From Chiloscyllium plagiosum (lineage: Eukaryota), in NCBI RefSeq assembly GCF_004010195.1, contig NC_057719.1, positions 2,471,165-2,535,164 on the forward strand: a DNA stretch of 64,000 nt, in the 5' to 3' direction. The notes below the pieces were generated by a model, which had not been told where the DNA came from, did not search any database, and saw only the letters and a list, made by a program, of their open reading frames with translations. Shown here in pieces: positions 1-12,964 of this stretch (within the stretch, counting starts at the first letter, position 1; each line of letters starts with the position of its first letter). The translations under genes were made by a program, and so were the position numbers.

Positions 1-2640
1 TCCTGTCCCACCGGCAGAGGTGGTGGCACAGTGGGATACAGTCAGGAGGGAGGTGCTCTGGGAGTCCCTAACATTGACTCCGGACCCCATGAAGTCTCAT
101 GGCTTCAGGTTAAACACAGGCACGGAAACCTCTTACTGGTTACCACATACCGTCCTCCCTCGGCTGATGGGTCAGTACTCCTCCATGTTGAACAACACTT
201 GGAGGGAGCACTGAGGGTGGAAAGGGCACAAAATGTACTGTGGGAGGAGGATTTCAATGTCCATCACCAAGAGTGGCTCAGCAGCAGCATTACTGATCGA
301 ACTGGCCAGGTCCTAAAGGACATAACTGCGAGACTGAGTCTGCGGCAGGTGGGGAGGGAACCAACAAGAGGGCAAAACATACTTCACCTCATCCTTGCTA
401 ATCTGCCAGCTGCAGATGAATCTGTCCATGCCAGTATTGGTAAGAGTGACCACCGCACAGTCCTTGTGGAGACAAAGTCCCTTCACATTGAGAATACCCT
501 CCATTGTATTGTGTGGCACTATCACCGTGCTAAGTGGGACAGACATCAAACCGATCTAGCAACTCAAGACTGGGCATCTATGAGGTGCTATGGACCATCA
601 CCAGCAGCAGAACTCTATTCCAGCACAGTCTGTAACCTTATGGCCAGTCATATCTCCCACTCAACCATTACCATCAAGGCAGGGGATCAACCCTGGTTCA
701 GTGGAGAGTGCAGGAGGGCATGCCAGGAGCAGCACCAGGTATACCTGAAGATGAGGCATCAACCTGGGGAAACCACCAATCAGGACTACTTGCATACCCA
801 ACAGGATAAACAGTAAATGATAGACAGAGCTAAGTGATCCCACAACCAATGAATCCGAACTAAGCTCTGCAGTCCTTCCACATCCAGTTGTGAATGGTGG
901 TGGGTGATTAAACAACCCAATGGAGGAGGAGGCTCCACAAATATCCCCCTCCTCAATTATCGAGGAGCCCAGCACATCAGGGCAAAAGATAGGGCTGAAG
1001 CTTTCACAGCAATCTTCAGTCAGAAGTGCCGAGTCGATGATCCACCTCAGCCTCCTCCAGCGTTACAGATACCAGTCTCCAGCCAATTCGATTGACTCCT
1101 CATGATATCAAGAAACAGCTGGAGGCACTCAATACAGCAAAGACTATGGGCCCTGATAACATCTCGGCAATAGTACTGAAGACGTGTGCTCCAGAACTCA
1201 CCGCTCCCCTAGCCAAACTCTTCCAGTTACAACACTCGCATCTACCCGACAATGTGGAAAATTGCCCAGGTATGTCCTGTATATAAACAGCAGGACACAT
1301 CCAAGCCATCCAATTACCATCCCATCAGTCTACTCTCCATCATCAGGAAAGTGATGGAAGGGGTCACCAACAGTGCTATCAAGCAGCACCTGCTCAGCAA
1401 TAACCTGCTCAGTGACACCCAGTTTGGGTTCTGCCAGGGCCACTCAGCTCCTGACCTCATTACAGCCTTGGGTCAAACATGGACAAAAGAGCTGGATTCC
1501 AGACGGGAGGGGAGAGGGACAGCTCCTGATATCAAGGCCACATTCACCTGCGTGCAGCATCAAGGAGCCCTGGCAAAACTGGAATCAGTGGGTATCAGCC
1601 CTCTCTGCTGGTTGGAGTCACACCAAGAATGTGGATGTGGTTGTTGGAGGTCACTCATCTCAGTTCCAGGATACCTGTGTGGGAGTTCCTCGGGGTAGTG
1701 TCCAAGACCCAATCACCTTCAGGTGCTTCATCAATGACCTTTCTTCCATCATAATGCTCACCGATGATTGCACAATGTTCAGCACCACTCAGATACTGAA
1801 GCAGTCCCTGCTCAAATGCAACAAGATCTGGGCAATATCCAGGCTTGGGCTGACAAGTGGCAATTAACATTCACATCACACAAATGCCAGGCTATGATCA
1901 TCACCAATAAGAGACACTCTAACCACTGCCCCTTGACATTCAATGGTATGACCATCACTGAATCCCCTACTGTCAGCATCCTTGGGGTTACCATTGACCA
2001 GAAACTCAACTGGACTCACCACATAAACACTGTGGCTACACGAGCAGGTCAGAGGCTGGGAATACTGCGATGAATAACTCACCTCCTGACTCCCCAAAGA
2101 TTGTCCACCATCTACAAGGCACAAGCCAGGAGTGTGATGGAATACTCCCCACTTGCCCTGGATGGGGGGAGCTCCAGCAACACTCAAGAAGCTTAACACC
2201 ATCCAGGACAAAGCAGCCGCTTGATTGGCACCACATCCACAAACATCCACTCCCTCCATCACTGACGCTCAGTAGCAGCAGTGGGTACTATCCAGAAGAT
2301 GCACTGCAGAAACTCACCAAAGATTCTCAGACAGCACCTTCCAAACCCACAGCCACTTCCATCTAGAAGGACAAGGGCAGCAGATACATGGGAACACCAC
2401 CCTCTGCAAGTTCCCCTCCGATCGACTCACCATCCTGACTTGGAAATATATCGCCATTCCTTCACAGTCGTTGGGTCAAAATCCTGGAATTCCCTCCCTA
2501 AGGGCATTGTGGATCAACCTACAGGACATGGACTGCAGTGGTTCAAGAAGGCAGCTCACTCCCACCTTCTCAAGGGGCAACTAGGGATGGGCAGTAAATG
2601 TTGACCTAGCCAGCGACACCCAAGTCCCACAAATGAATGA
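1..2640 (+). mobile_element. Non-LTR retrotransposon (CR1/L2-group LINE) ORF2 remnant, APE endonuclease + reverse transcriptase, running to its 3' end; disrupted by stops and frameshifts
   Basis: ORFs 31-816 (TTYRPPS, EDFNVHH, GKSDHRTV = APE motifs), 1252-1698 (NYHPISLLS, QFGF), 1373-1867 (GVPRGSV, LTDDCTMF), 1768-2073 (WADKWQLTF). 3' terminus ...GCCAGCGACACCCAAGTCCCACAAATGAATGA. Confidence 0.92.
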
Positions 2641-2976
2641 GGAAAAGCCATGGTCTTATTGAACAGTGCAGCAGCTTTCAACTACTCATTGTACTCATTA
2701 TTGACTTAAGACGGCGTGCTAGAAAGCAACCTTTACTAGTTTAGTGAGGAAAAAGAAACGTGCAGGGTAATAAACAGTATCGGTGGATGTGTGGGATTAC
2801 AGACAGAAATCCTTGCCTTTCCAGTCTCTCCGCATGAGCTGCAGGAATAGACTCTGTGCCCTGTGAGAAGGAAGTGTGTGTAGATTGGGGCACCAGGAGA
2901 AACTACAGAGATACTGTGAAGGCGACTCAGAAGTATCAGGAACGGGGGAGGCTACTCTTGAGCCGAGTCTACGTAA

Positions 2977-3190
2977 GGGGGCCAGTTAGCTCAGTTAGCG
3001 ACACTGATGGGGGTTTGTTCCCACACTGACTGAGATTACCAAGAAAATCCCACCTACCCAAGCCTCCTGTTGCCTGCCGTGCATGAATCGCAAGTTAAAC
3101 CACCTCCAGTTGTATGTCTCTCTCGGTCTCTATCTCTGCTTCGCGCTCTCTAATGAGGGAGCAGTCCTATGGTGATTTTAACCTTTATTC
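2977..3190 (+). mobile_element. Degenerate tRNA-derived SINE
   Basis: 5' GGGGCCAGTTAGCTCAGTTAG resembles a tRNA head/A box; B box is eroded. Confidence 0.5.
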
Positions 3191-3390
3191 TATCATTCAC
3201 TGAGATTGTGGGTCATGTGTTTACTAATTCCATCCACCTACGCTGGCTGTTTGATCTTTTATACTATCACTCAGCAAATATCTATTATCGTAAGATTTAA
3301 AATTAATTGGATATTTAATAGGAGACAGGATCAGACTTCTATCAGCTTTTGGAAAAGTTTCCAACTTCTCTCCAGAATAATTAAAGCAAA

Positions 3391-3492
3391 TTACTGTGGG
3401 TGCTGAAAATATGAAATAAATAAAACAGAAAAAACTGGAGAAATTGAACAGGCCTGGCAGCATCCATCTGTGGAGAGAGAAACAGAGTTAAC
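3391..3492 (-). mobile_element. Penelope-type terminal repeat fragment (family B)
   Basis: AACAGG-CTGGCAGCATC..TGTGGAGAGAGAAACAGAGTTAAC matches the copy at 55350-55448; truncated before the ribozyme core. Confidence 0.6.
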
Positions 3493-3502
3493 CCCAGGCT
3501 TG

Positions 3503-3784
3503 ATTAGATTCCCTACAGTGTGGAAACAGGCCCTTCAACCCAACAAGTCCACACCCACCCTCCAAAGAGTAACCCACCCAGACCCATTTCCCTCTGACTA
3601 AGGCACCTAACACAATGAGCAATTTAGCCTGGCCAATTCACCCGACCTGCACATCTTTGGATTGAGGGAGGAAACCAGAGCATCTGTGGGAAACCCACGC
3701 AGAGGATGTGCCTGAGGCTGGAATTAAACCTGGGACTCTGATGCTACGAGGCAGTAGTGCTAACCACTGAGCCACTGTACCGCC
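3503..3784 (-). mobile_element. HE1-type tRNA-derived SINE (V-SINE group)
   Basis: Reverse strand has head GGCGGTACAGTGGCTCAGTGGTTAGCAC and a CR1-like tail GGGCCTGTTTCCACACTGTAGGGAATCTAAT. Confidence 0.88.
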
Positions 3785-3799
3785 ATTGCCACTTATTAA

Positions 3800-5720
3800 G
3801 AAGCTATCCAGCTCTGCTTTTAACCTTCTCCAGGCTCAGATTCCACCACCTTTTGAGAAAGAGAATTCCAAGAATTCTTGACCCTCTGTGAGAAAAATAA
3901 TTCTTATTGTCTGTGTTTCGATGTGGGTGACTCCTGATTTGGAAATATTGGCCCTTAATTCTTAATTCTCCCACAAGAGGAAACATCCTATCAATACCAC
4001 TCAGGATTTTATATGTTTCAATCAAGTTACCTCTTACTGTTCTAAACTGCAACAGATGCAAGCTAGTCCACTCTTTCGTCATAAGACAACACACTAATTT
4101 AAAGTATTGATCTAGTAAATCTTTGAACTGCCTCTAAAGCCTTCCTTAATAAATAACAATACTGTGCATATCGTTCAGTAATGCCCTGATTAACTGAAAC
4201 ATAACTTCCCTTTCAATTCCCCTTGCAGTAAATTAATACATTCTATTAGTTTTTCTAATTACTTGTTGTACCTGCATATTAGCCTTTAGTGATTTATGCA
4301 CAAGGGCACACAGATAAAATATCATTAAGATGTTTACATTTCATTCTTCCAGTCAAAATTGACAGTTTGATGTTTTTCAACATTCTATTACATTTATGTC
4401 CTCTTCATAACTTAATTTCTGATCCATAAAAAAGTGTCATCAGGAAGCTGAACAACTATATCTTCTATCCCTTTTCTGAGCCTTTTATATATATTTTAAG
4501 ACATTGTAGCCTCAGCATTACCTGTGTGGTACACCACTCACTGCAAAACAGCAAATAACTCCTTTATGCCTACCCTCTGCTTCCTGTCTGAAGTAGCCAA
4601 TCTTCTATCCATGCTAGTATGTAACCCCTACATCACAAACTTTTATTTTCCACAATAGTCTTTGATGTGGCATCTTATAAAATGCCTTCTAGAAATTTAC
4701 GTACATTCTATCCATCCGTTCCACTTTCTCTGCAGCCTGTTTTTTTCTCCTCAGGGACCCGGTAAATTGGTGAAACGTGATTTCCCTTTTACAAAATTAC
4801 GTTGATTCGGACTTCTCTCGGTGCTCTGCTCTTTCAGATGGATTCTAACGTCTTCCCTAAAGCCTCTTAGTTTCCTGCTTTCTGTTTCCCTACTGTTTTG
4901 AATCATCACTTTTTTAATAAACTATTTGCTATTTTCCAATCTAGTCGACATTTCCTTGAATCTAGGGAGTTTGAAAATAAAAGATTATGCATCAACTATC
5001 TCACTAGATACATCTTCTAGGCCTTGAGGGTGAAGTCCATTAGAACCTGGTTACTTGTCAGCCTCTAGCACCAACAACTGGCTCAGTACCACTTCGCTGG
5101 TGATTGTAACTTTCTTGAGTCATTCCCTCCCTTTCATTTCCTGATTTGTAGCTATTTCTGAAATGTTACATATTCTTCTATTGTGAACTCTTATCCGTTT
5201 AAAATATCAATAGAAACTCTTAATAACTGGTTTTACGTTTCTAGCGAGCTTTGTGTTGTATTCTAATTTTCCTTCCTTCTTTGTTATTTTTTATATTCTG
5301 TCCAATCTTCTGATGAGCCATTTATCTTTATGCAACTATCTGCTTTTTAAAAAAAATTTGATTCAAGATTTACCAGTTCCAGTTAACCATGGATGCTGGG
5401 TCCTCCTTTGAAATTTTTCTTCCTTGTTGAAATATGTCAACTCTGTGTATTCTAAAATATCCCCTTGTGCGTCTATCTCTGTGTCTCTATTAATGTATCT
5501 CTTAACCTAGTTTGCCAGTTCACTCTGCTTTCATGCCCATGTAGCTGCCCTTATTTAAGTTTAAAATGCTAATGTTAGACCCTTCTCTGCCTCAACTTGA
5601 ATGTCCAAAACAATCACTGTTACCTAGGTGTCCCCTCATTAAGAGTTCATCAGTTATTCTGATTGTGTTGCATAATGCTAGGTCTGTACCAGCTCTCTGG
5701 TCAGCTCCAGAATATGATGC
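3800..5720 (-). mobile_element. Old, heavily decayed CR1 LINE ORF2 fragments
   Basis: Minus ORF 3804-4094 (RGNLIETYKILSGIDRMFP); eroded DFxKAFDKVPH-like segment near 4660-4700. Confidence 0.7.
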
Positions 5721-6867
5721 TCTAAGAAATTATTCTGGCTCATTCAATTACTTGGAAGTCCGGATTCTGGGATTCCTTCTGTGCATTTCTCCATTCCCTC
5801 TTCCTTTAAGATGCGCCTTTAGACCTATTACTTTGACTGAGCTTCTGGTCCCCTGCACTCTCATCTCATTACGTTCCTGTGAAGCACCTTGTGGTATTTC
5901 ATTAAAGGTGATATATAAGTGCTATAAACAGGTCCAGGTTGCAGGCTGTGGAGGGGCCATCTCTACTGACTCTCTGCCTCTCTTCTGTGGTTATGTATGA
6001 GCCCAGGTGTCACTGGAGAGGGAGGTATGCGGTGTCCATCAGTGCTCTCGAAGCCTTTAGAGAAGGTAGCCTAGCACAGGAGATACAGTGCTTTGTTTTC
6101 CCCTTCCAACTCCATTTTGATTTCATCCCCTCTCTCCCTACCCTCCTCACTTTTTTGATGTCAGCATTGCCCTCAACAGAATTTGCTTGTTAATATACAA
6201 TTGGCCACAAAGATGTCTTCCTGGTAGTGGAAAAGAGCATACATAATAAAGTCTACTCACAACGGTACAAATATATGCAAGTTGGTGTTCTGTTATTGGA
6301 GAATTCTGTCACCATTTAACAGAGAGTTTCTATCCCCAGTATTCTGGAACACACTGAGTGCAACTTGGAGCTGAAGTGATTCAGAGGTCGGAGGGAGAGA
6401 GGCTGTAGAGTGTTTTGAACACAAGAATCAAAAGGCAAATGTTGAGGAGTGACTGAAGGTGAAAGCACCAGGAAATCAGATGGGACTATGGCGGTGGCCC
6501 AGTTAGTGTGGAGGAGTTTGACTGGAATGGAATAATGAACAGGGAGTGAAATCATCAGGAAGTGAGTGGGTTCGGGATTTACAAGGTGTGAGGGGTGGGC
6601 AGATAGAATAGAATTGGACAGTGGGGAGCCCTCAAAACTGTGAGGACATAGCCTGTGAACCAGAGATTGCAGTAATGCAGATTAAAGCCTATGTTTCCAT
6701 AGTAATGATGCAACTCATGCAAGTTGCGTCTGCTTACCCTTGATTTCCCAGTCTTTAGCAATCTTGCTTTATTCTTGGTCTACTATTTTTGCTTTAATTT
6801 GACCTAATATCACAGAATGGTCACAGTGCAGAACGAGATCACTTGGTTTATAGTGTCTGTGCAGCAT

Positions 6868-6946
6868 GAAAAATGTGTTGCTGGAAAAGCGCAGCAGGTC
6901 AGGCAGCATCCAAGGAGCAGGAGAATCGACGTTTCGGGCATAAGCA
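6868..6946 (-). mobile_element. 79-bp Penelope-type insertion (family A) with 14-bp TSD
   Basis: TGTCTGTGCAGCAT at 6854-6867 and 6947-6960; contains the 3' half of the hammerhead (GCCCGAAACGTC on minus strand). Confidence 0.85.
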
Positions 6947-7409
6947 TGTCTGTGCAGCATCTCACTTACAGCTTTCTGCTGCCTACCATTCACACACTCT
7001 TCCCCTTCAAACAACCATCACGTTCCCTTTTGAAAGACTCGATGAACCTGCCTCCACCACACCTTCAGACAGCACAGACTAAACCCTCACACTCACTGCT
7101 TGGAAAAGATGGTCATCTGGTCACTTTTACTGCTTTTACTAATTACTTTGACTCGTTCTCAATCATTCCATGAGCAGGAACATGTAATCCCTTTTTACTC
7201 TGTCTTGACCTCTTATGATTTTGAAAACTTTAATCAGACCTTATCTCAGCCTGTTCCAAAAAGATCTTGATTCTGTTGAATCTAATCTCTCCATCTCTCT
7301 CTCTCTCCTTCCTGTTTTCACTGCAGATGAGATAGTGTGGGTGTGAGGTCTGAGATCTCAAAATACCCACCAATTGCCGAGGGGTTGGCTATATCAGTAT
7401 GAGACCAGA

Positions 7410-8810
7410 AGAACTTTAAGTGGCAATTGGATAGGTACATGGATGGGTGCTTAAGCTAGGACAAATGTTCGGCACAACATCGTGGGCCGAAAGGCCTGTT
7501 CTGTGCTGTATTGTTCTATGTTCTATGTTCTAAGACTAAGGGCAGACGTAGACCATTCAGCCCATCGAGTCTGCTCCATCATCCAATGAGATCATGGCTG
7601 ATCCGATAATCCTCCTGCCTTTTCCCCATAACCCTTAATTCCTTCCTAATTAAACATCTGTCTGTCTCAGCCTTGAATATACTTAATGACCCAGCCATGA
7701 CAGCCCTGACCAGTAAAGACTATCACAGGTTCACTACTGTCTGACAGAAGAAATTCCAGCTCATCTCTGTCTCAAATGTCAACCCCTTATTCTGAGATGA
7801 TGCCCGTTTGGCCCCAGACTCCCCCACAAGGGGATGCATCCTCTCCACATCTCCCCTGTCAAGGCCCCGAAGATACTTGTCTGTTTCAATTAGGTCACCT
7901 CTCATTCTTCTAAACTCCAATGAGCACAGGCCCCAACCTCCTCAACATCTCCACATAATGCAGTCCCTCCCTGCCTGGGATTGTCCTCTGGATGGCCTTC
8001 AGTGACATTAAATCTTTCCTTCAATAAGGAGACAAAAGTTCTCAATATTCTAGCTGTAGTCTAGCGAGTGCTTTGTACAACTTTAGCAAGACCGCTCTAT
8101 TTTAATACTCTGTTCCCTTTGAAATAAAGGCCAACATTCCAGTGGCCTTCCCTATCACCTGCTGAACTTGGATGCTAGTTTTTTTTTGATTCATAGGCAA
8201 AGACTTCCAGATCTCTCTGCTGTGTAGCGTTCTGTAGTTCTGTTTGGTGCTATCTTGTAAGGTACAGGGCCTGTCAGGTACAACAAGGCGGGCCAGGTAG
8301 CCATTCAGAATACACATAATGCTACACCCTCGTCCCATGAAGTCAAGGTTCCCTCTCACACACACTCATTTACAGTTATAGAGTCATAGAGATGTACAGC
8401 ACGGAAACAGACCCTTTGGTCCAACTTGTCCATGCTGACCAGATATCCCAACCCAATCTAGACCCATCCGGAATTCAGAAAAGGCAAAAGTTAGGCCGAG
8501 AGATAAAACTAAAAGGATTGTGTAGGAACATAAAAAATAGGAGCAGGAGTAGGCCATTTGGCCCTTCAAGCCTGCTGCACCATTCGGTATGATCATGACT
8601 GATCAGCTAACTCAGCCCTCCGTTCCCACCTTGTCCCCATATCCTTTGATCTCTTTAGCTTCAAGAGGATGAGTTTCCGTCTCTATAAGGGTCTGACTCT
8701 ATAACTATATCTAACTCTTTTGTGGAAACATTCAATGTTTTGGCCTCAACTGTTTTCTGTGGCAGAGGATTCCACAGGGTCACCACTCTCTGGGTGAAGA
8801 CGTTTATCCT
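7410..8810. mobile_element. Cluster of CR1 3' fragments (plus-strand tail 7410-7532; minus-strand 7540-8230, 8380-8465, 8525-8810)
   Basis: (TTCTATG)n tail at 7513-7532; minus ORF 7723-7920 RRMRGDLIETDK. Confidence 0.8.
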
Positions 8811-9399
8811 AATTTTGTACAACTCTTCCCATGTAATTACACTTCTAATGGATCATTGCTGGGTTGAGCTGGGGTTGAATTTTAAAGCGTCGAGCCAAGT
8901 GGGTTTCGGATCAGCTGGGGGAGTAGGGGAAGGGTGGGTTAATGGTGAGTAAACTGAGCGTGAAACTGCAATGATGCAGCAGCTCTGACATTACCCAATG
9001 GGGAGGTCATCCCTCTCTTATTGTCCAGCTGCTTTCTGGCTGAATTGTGTGAAGGGGTTTGTTTAGACTGTGCTGGGGAATTCACCCTCACCATATGGCA
9101 GTGGGAGGGGGTGGGAGAAGGGCTGGTAAGGGGGTGGTAGCTGCATTGGGATAGCTTCCTGATACATTTTCGCTGTTGGGATGCATTCCCAGTGCCTTGC
9201 TGGGATTACGATTAGTGAACCGAGGATGATTGAGCGTCATCACCGGGCTGCCTGTAACAGAGACAGGAAAGATGATTGAGGCAGTTCCTCCACATCAAGG
9301 CTGGAGGCATCTCGGAGCTGGATGGGCCCATGGTCTGGAAGACAGAGAGGCCACATAGAGGGGCTAACACCTCTGACCCCTGGAATATTTTACACCTTC

Positions 9400-11085
9400 C
9401 TTATCTCCAAATCTCCAGTCTGTCTGCCATAGGTCAGAGAATGCTCCCCCAGAACTATTCAGTGGTAGCAGGGAATGGCATAGTTAGGGGAAGAGATAAC
9501 TGTCCTCTGCAGCAAGGTTAGAGACTCCCAAAGTCAATATTGTCAACCTGATCGCAAGGTTCAGGTTATCTCTTCTGAGCTGGGGAGCAACCTGAGAAGG
9601 GCAGGATCCAGCTGTGGTGATCCACATAGGTACTAATGGTACAAGTAGGATTAGCAAAGAGGTTCCACTAAGAGATTGCAAGCAGCTTGGAGCTACACTC
9701 AGAGGTAGAACCATTCTCAAAAAGGGTCATTGGACCTGAAACATTAACTCTATTTCTCTCTCCACAGGTGCTGCCAGACCTGCTGAGTTTCTCCAGTAAT
9801 TTCTGTTTTTGTTTCTGATTTCCAGAACCCACAGTTTTTTTTTTAAAGAGTTAAATGTGTGGCTGAAAGATTGGTGTGAGAAGTGGGTTCAGATTCACCA
9901 GCACCAGTGCTGGGGAAAGAGAGAGTTATTCCACTGGGACAGGCTTCGTCTGAACCATGGTGGATGGTCTCCTGGTGAATTCGGTTGGAGATAGAGCCTT
10001 AAATTAATTAGGCAGGGTGTGGAGGTGCTGGTGTGGACAAAGTCAGATGCCACACGACACCACGTTATAGTCCAACAGGTTTATTTGAAATCACAAGCTT
10101 TCGAAGCGCTGCTCCTTCGTCAAGTGTTGCGTGATTCCTAACTTTAAACGAATTAGTGCCGAGGAGGATTCAATTAAAGGGAAGTTTAAAAAAATCAACA
10201 AGAAACGAGACAGGCTGATGAAGAGATGAAAGTTAATTAAAGTGTGTCAGGAAGGGCTAGGAAGGACCCACAGAAAATTGCAATTGAAAATAGAACCAGA
10301 ATAGGAAATAATGGTAGAAGTTCAAGGCTTAAATGCTCTTTATCTGAATTTGCACAACATTTGTAACAAGGTAGATGATTTTACGCCACAAATAGAAATA
10401 AAAGAATATGACTTGATTGCTAAATAGCAATCCAGAGATCTAGCTGAAGGGTGATCCAAAGTGAGGGCACAATATTAGACATTCTGGAAAAATACATCAA
10501 AAAGTGAAAGAGGGTGAAGTCTTTATTTGTTAAATAAAGGGAAGTACTGTTGTGGCAGTGAGTAGGTACAAATGTATTGTTACAAATTGTACAGGGATTA
10601 GTAGGGCCACAGCTGGAGGATTGTACCAGTTGGAGCACGTGATCGAATGGTGGAGCAAACATGATGGACTGAGTGGCCTGATTCTGCTGTTATACTGTGT
10701 GGTTTTTCGGTTCCGATCCCTGTATTTTAAGAAAGAGTAGACTGGCATTGGGGTTTGCTCAGAAGAGATTCACTTGACTGATTCCTGGGATGAAGGGGTT
10801 GACTTGTTTAGAACAGTACTCATTTAAAACTGAAATGCAAAGGAATTTCTTCTCTCAGAGGGTAGTGATGGTCTGGAACTCTCTAGCCCAGAGAGTCATG
10901 GAGGTTAGATCAAGGAAAACATTTAACGAGGAGGTAGTTAGATTTTTGAAATTGAGACTGAGAGCTACAAGCACCTGGGACAGTAGGGGCTTGGGCTAGA
11001 TCAGCCATGATTTTGTACAACGGCAGGGCCAGGCTTGAGGGGCTGAATGGCCTACTCCCGCTCGTATTTCTCATGTCCTTGTGTT
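9400..11085 (+). mobile_element. Internally deleted CR1 LINE with ORF1 esterase remnant, ORF2 start and 3' end; interrupted by Penelope-type fragments (about 9715-9840 and 10015-10145)
   Basis: QDPAVVIHIGTNG at 9602-9640 and WDRLRLNHGG (SGNH-esterase GxND and DxxH-like motifs); LYLNLHNICNKVDD endonuclease start near 10335; RNFFSQRVVMVWNSL in ORF 10790-10999. Confidence 0.75.
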
Positions 11086-11654
11086 CTCAAGAAATCAAAC
11101 ACAGACAACTTGGGGGAGTAGTGGAAACAAATTTTACTTAAGTGGGTCACATAAAATGGAAATTTGCACATTTAACGTTGTGTGTCACACCCAGCTTTAA
11201 AATGTGTCCTCTTCCTCTTCTTACTGAATACTAACCTCTGTGGTTTTTGCAATTGTTGAGAGAGATTTCTCTTCAACAGCAATAACAGTTCTTATTTCTC
11301 TAATCTCTCAACATAACTGACGTTCCTTATCTGTGGAATAACGAATATTTTCTGTACCCTCCCTTAAGCTTTCTCCATTGTAAAGTCTGACAGCCAGAAT
11401 TGAACACAATCCTTCAGATGAGGTCAAACCTGCGTTTGACTTGCCCTCCTTATTGCTGGGTTCAATGCCTCTGTGGTGGTCTGTTTGCTCTCAGTCTCTC
11501 TCCCAGCCCCTCTGTTCCTGCATTCCTTTTAGAATTGTACCCTCTGTTTTATTCTGTCTTGCCCCATCGTTCCTATCAATGTCAATCATTTCCCACTGTT
11601 CTGAATTCAACTGTGTCTGCCACTGGGCCACCCATAACAATCTATAATCTTTGG

Positions 11655-11772
11655 AAACCGAAAGAACTGTGAATACTATAAATCAGAAACAAAACCAAAA
11701 GTTGCTGGTAAAGCTCAGCAGGTGGAGAGAGATCAGTATTAACGTTTCAGGTTGAGTGACCCTTCCTCAGGA
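11655..11772 (-). mobile_element. Penelope-type terminal repeat (family B) with degenerate hammerhead
   Basis: TTAACGTTTCAGGTTGAGTGACCCTTCCTCAG; minus strand reads CTGAGGAAGGGTCAC..CCTGAAACGTTAA. Confidence 0.7.
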
Positions 11773-11955
11773 TTGATGCTCAGTATGATTCCCCTCACAG
11801 TTAGCACCATGTTTTGCATCAGCTGCAGATTTTGAAATTGTACCGTGTGCAGTGAGGTCTAGGTGAAGGATATTTATCAGGCAGAACATGGGTTTGGACA
11901 GTGATCCCTCTGGAACCTCATGCTAAACCTCCTCCCAGCTAAAAGCAGCCATTCA

Positions 11956-12736
11956 TCATTCCGGATGAAGGGTTTTTGCCCGAAACGTTGATTTTCCTGC
12001 TCCTCAGATGCTGCCTGACCTGCTGTGCTTTTCCAGCACCACTCTAACCTAGTTAAAAATCATAAAACACCAAGGTTATAATTCAACGTGTTAAACTGAA
12101 AGCACCAGCTTTTGGAGCGCCGCTCCTTCATCAGGTGGTTGTGGAGTATACGATTGTAAGACACAGAATTTATAGCAAAAGTTTACAGTGTGATGTAACT
12201 GAATTTATACATTGAAAAATATCTTGATTGTGTTCGAATACCATGTGTAAATCACAAAACTTTTTTTAAAAAGTTGCATTCTCAGATTAACTGTAACAAT
12301 TGGTGTTAGCCAGATAATATATTGAAGGTGTTAGCCCCCTGTGTTCCCTGTCTGTGCCATCGTGTTTAGACTGATTCTAATCTAAAAAGTGAGATAACAG
12401 AGTCTTACATAAATTCATGCAGTTTTTGAGCAAAGTACAATGTAACTCTGTAAGTAGAAATTCACCCCACAAACGTATATATGTATGTATGTGTGTGTGT
12501 GCATGTGGGTCTGTGTGTGTGTGTTTGTCTGGGTTGGGGGGTTTTGAGTGTGAGAGAGAGTGTATATGTGTGTGCAGAGTGTCTTAGGTCTGTGAAAGGG
12601 TGCATGTGTGAGAATGGGAGTGTGTGTGTGCGTGTGTGTGTCTGGGGTGGGGGAGGGTTGTGAGTGTCTGTGAGAGACAATGTCCAAATCACTCTAATCT
12701 AGACTCTGACCTCCAGCATTTGCAATATTCACTTTC
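11956..12736. mobile_element. Family A Penelope-type repeat (+) split by a ~640-bp family C Penelope-type insertion (12053-12690) that includes a TG-rich tract
   Basis: Inner TSD ACTCTAACCTAG 12041-12052 / ACTCTAATCTAG 12691-12702; outer GCCATTCA at 11948 and 12737; hammerhead-like cores at 11960-11992 (+) and 12105-12136 (-). Confidence 0.75.
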
Positions 12737-12964
12737 GCCATTCACCCTGACTCTCTGGCTCTTACTCAGACCATCCCATTTCCATGTTGTTGCATATCCT
12801 TCCATTCTTTGAGCCCCAATTGCTCAGAATTCTCTTCATCCTAATAAATAATATGAACTCTCAAAGTAACCACACTTTAGGAAGATCCTAAAGTCCTAGA
12901 CAACTGTCTGCCACAGGTAAGTTCTGTTCGACTGTCCCTCAATTTGAGAATGATATCTACTCTT

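Noticed and set aside
31..2073. Active or domesticated LINE ORF2
   Set aside because: Multiple stops, frameshifts, deletions and an altered catalytic motif.
8256..8374. TGTAA...TTACA bounded segment as a mini solo LTR
   Set aside because: Only a 5-bp inverted match, no TSD and no second copy in the window.
12475..12680. HT/CV-repeat proteins
   Set aside because: Translation of a degenerate (TG)n tract inside a repeat element.
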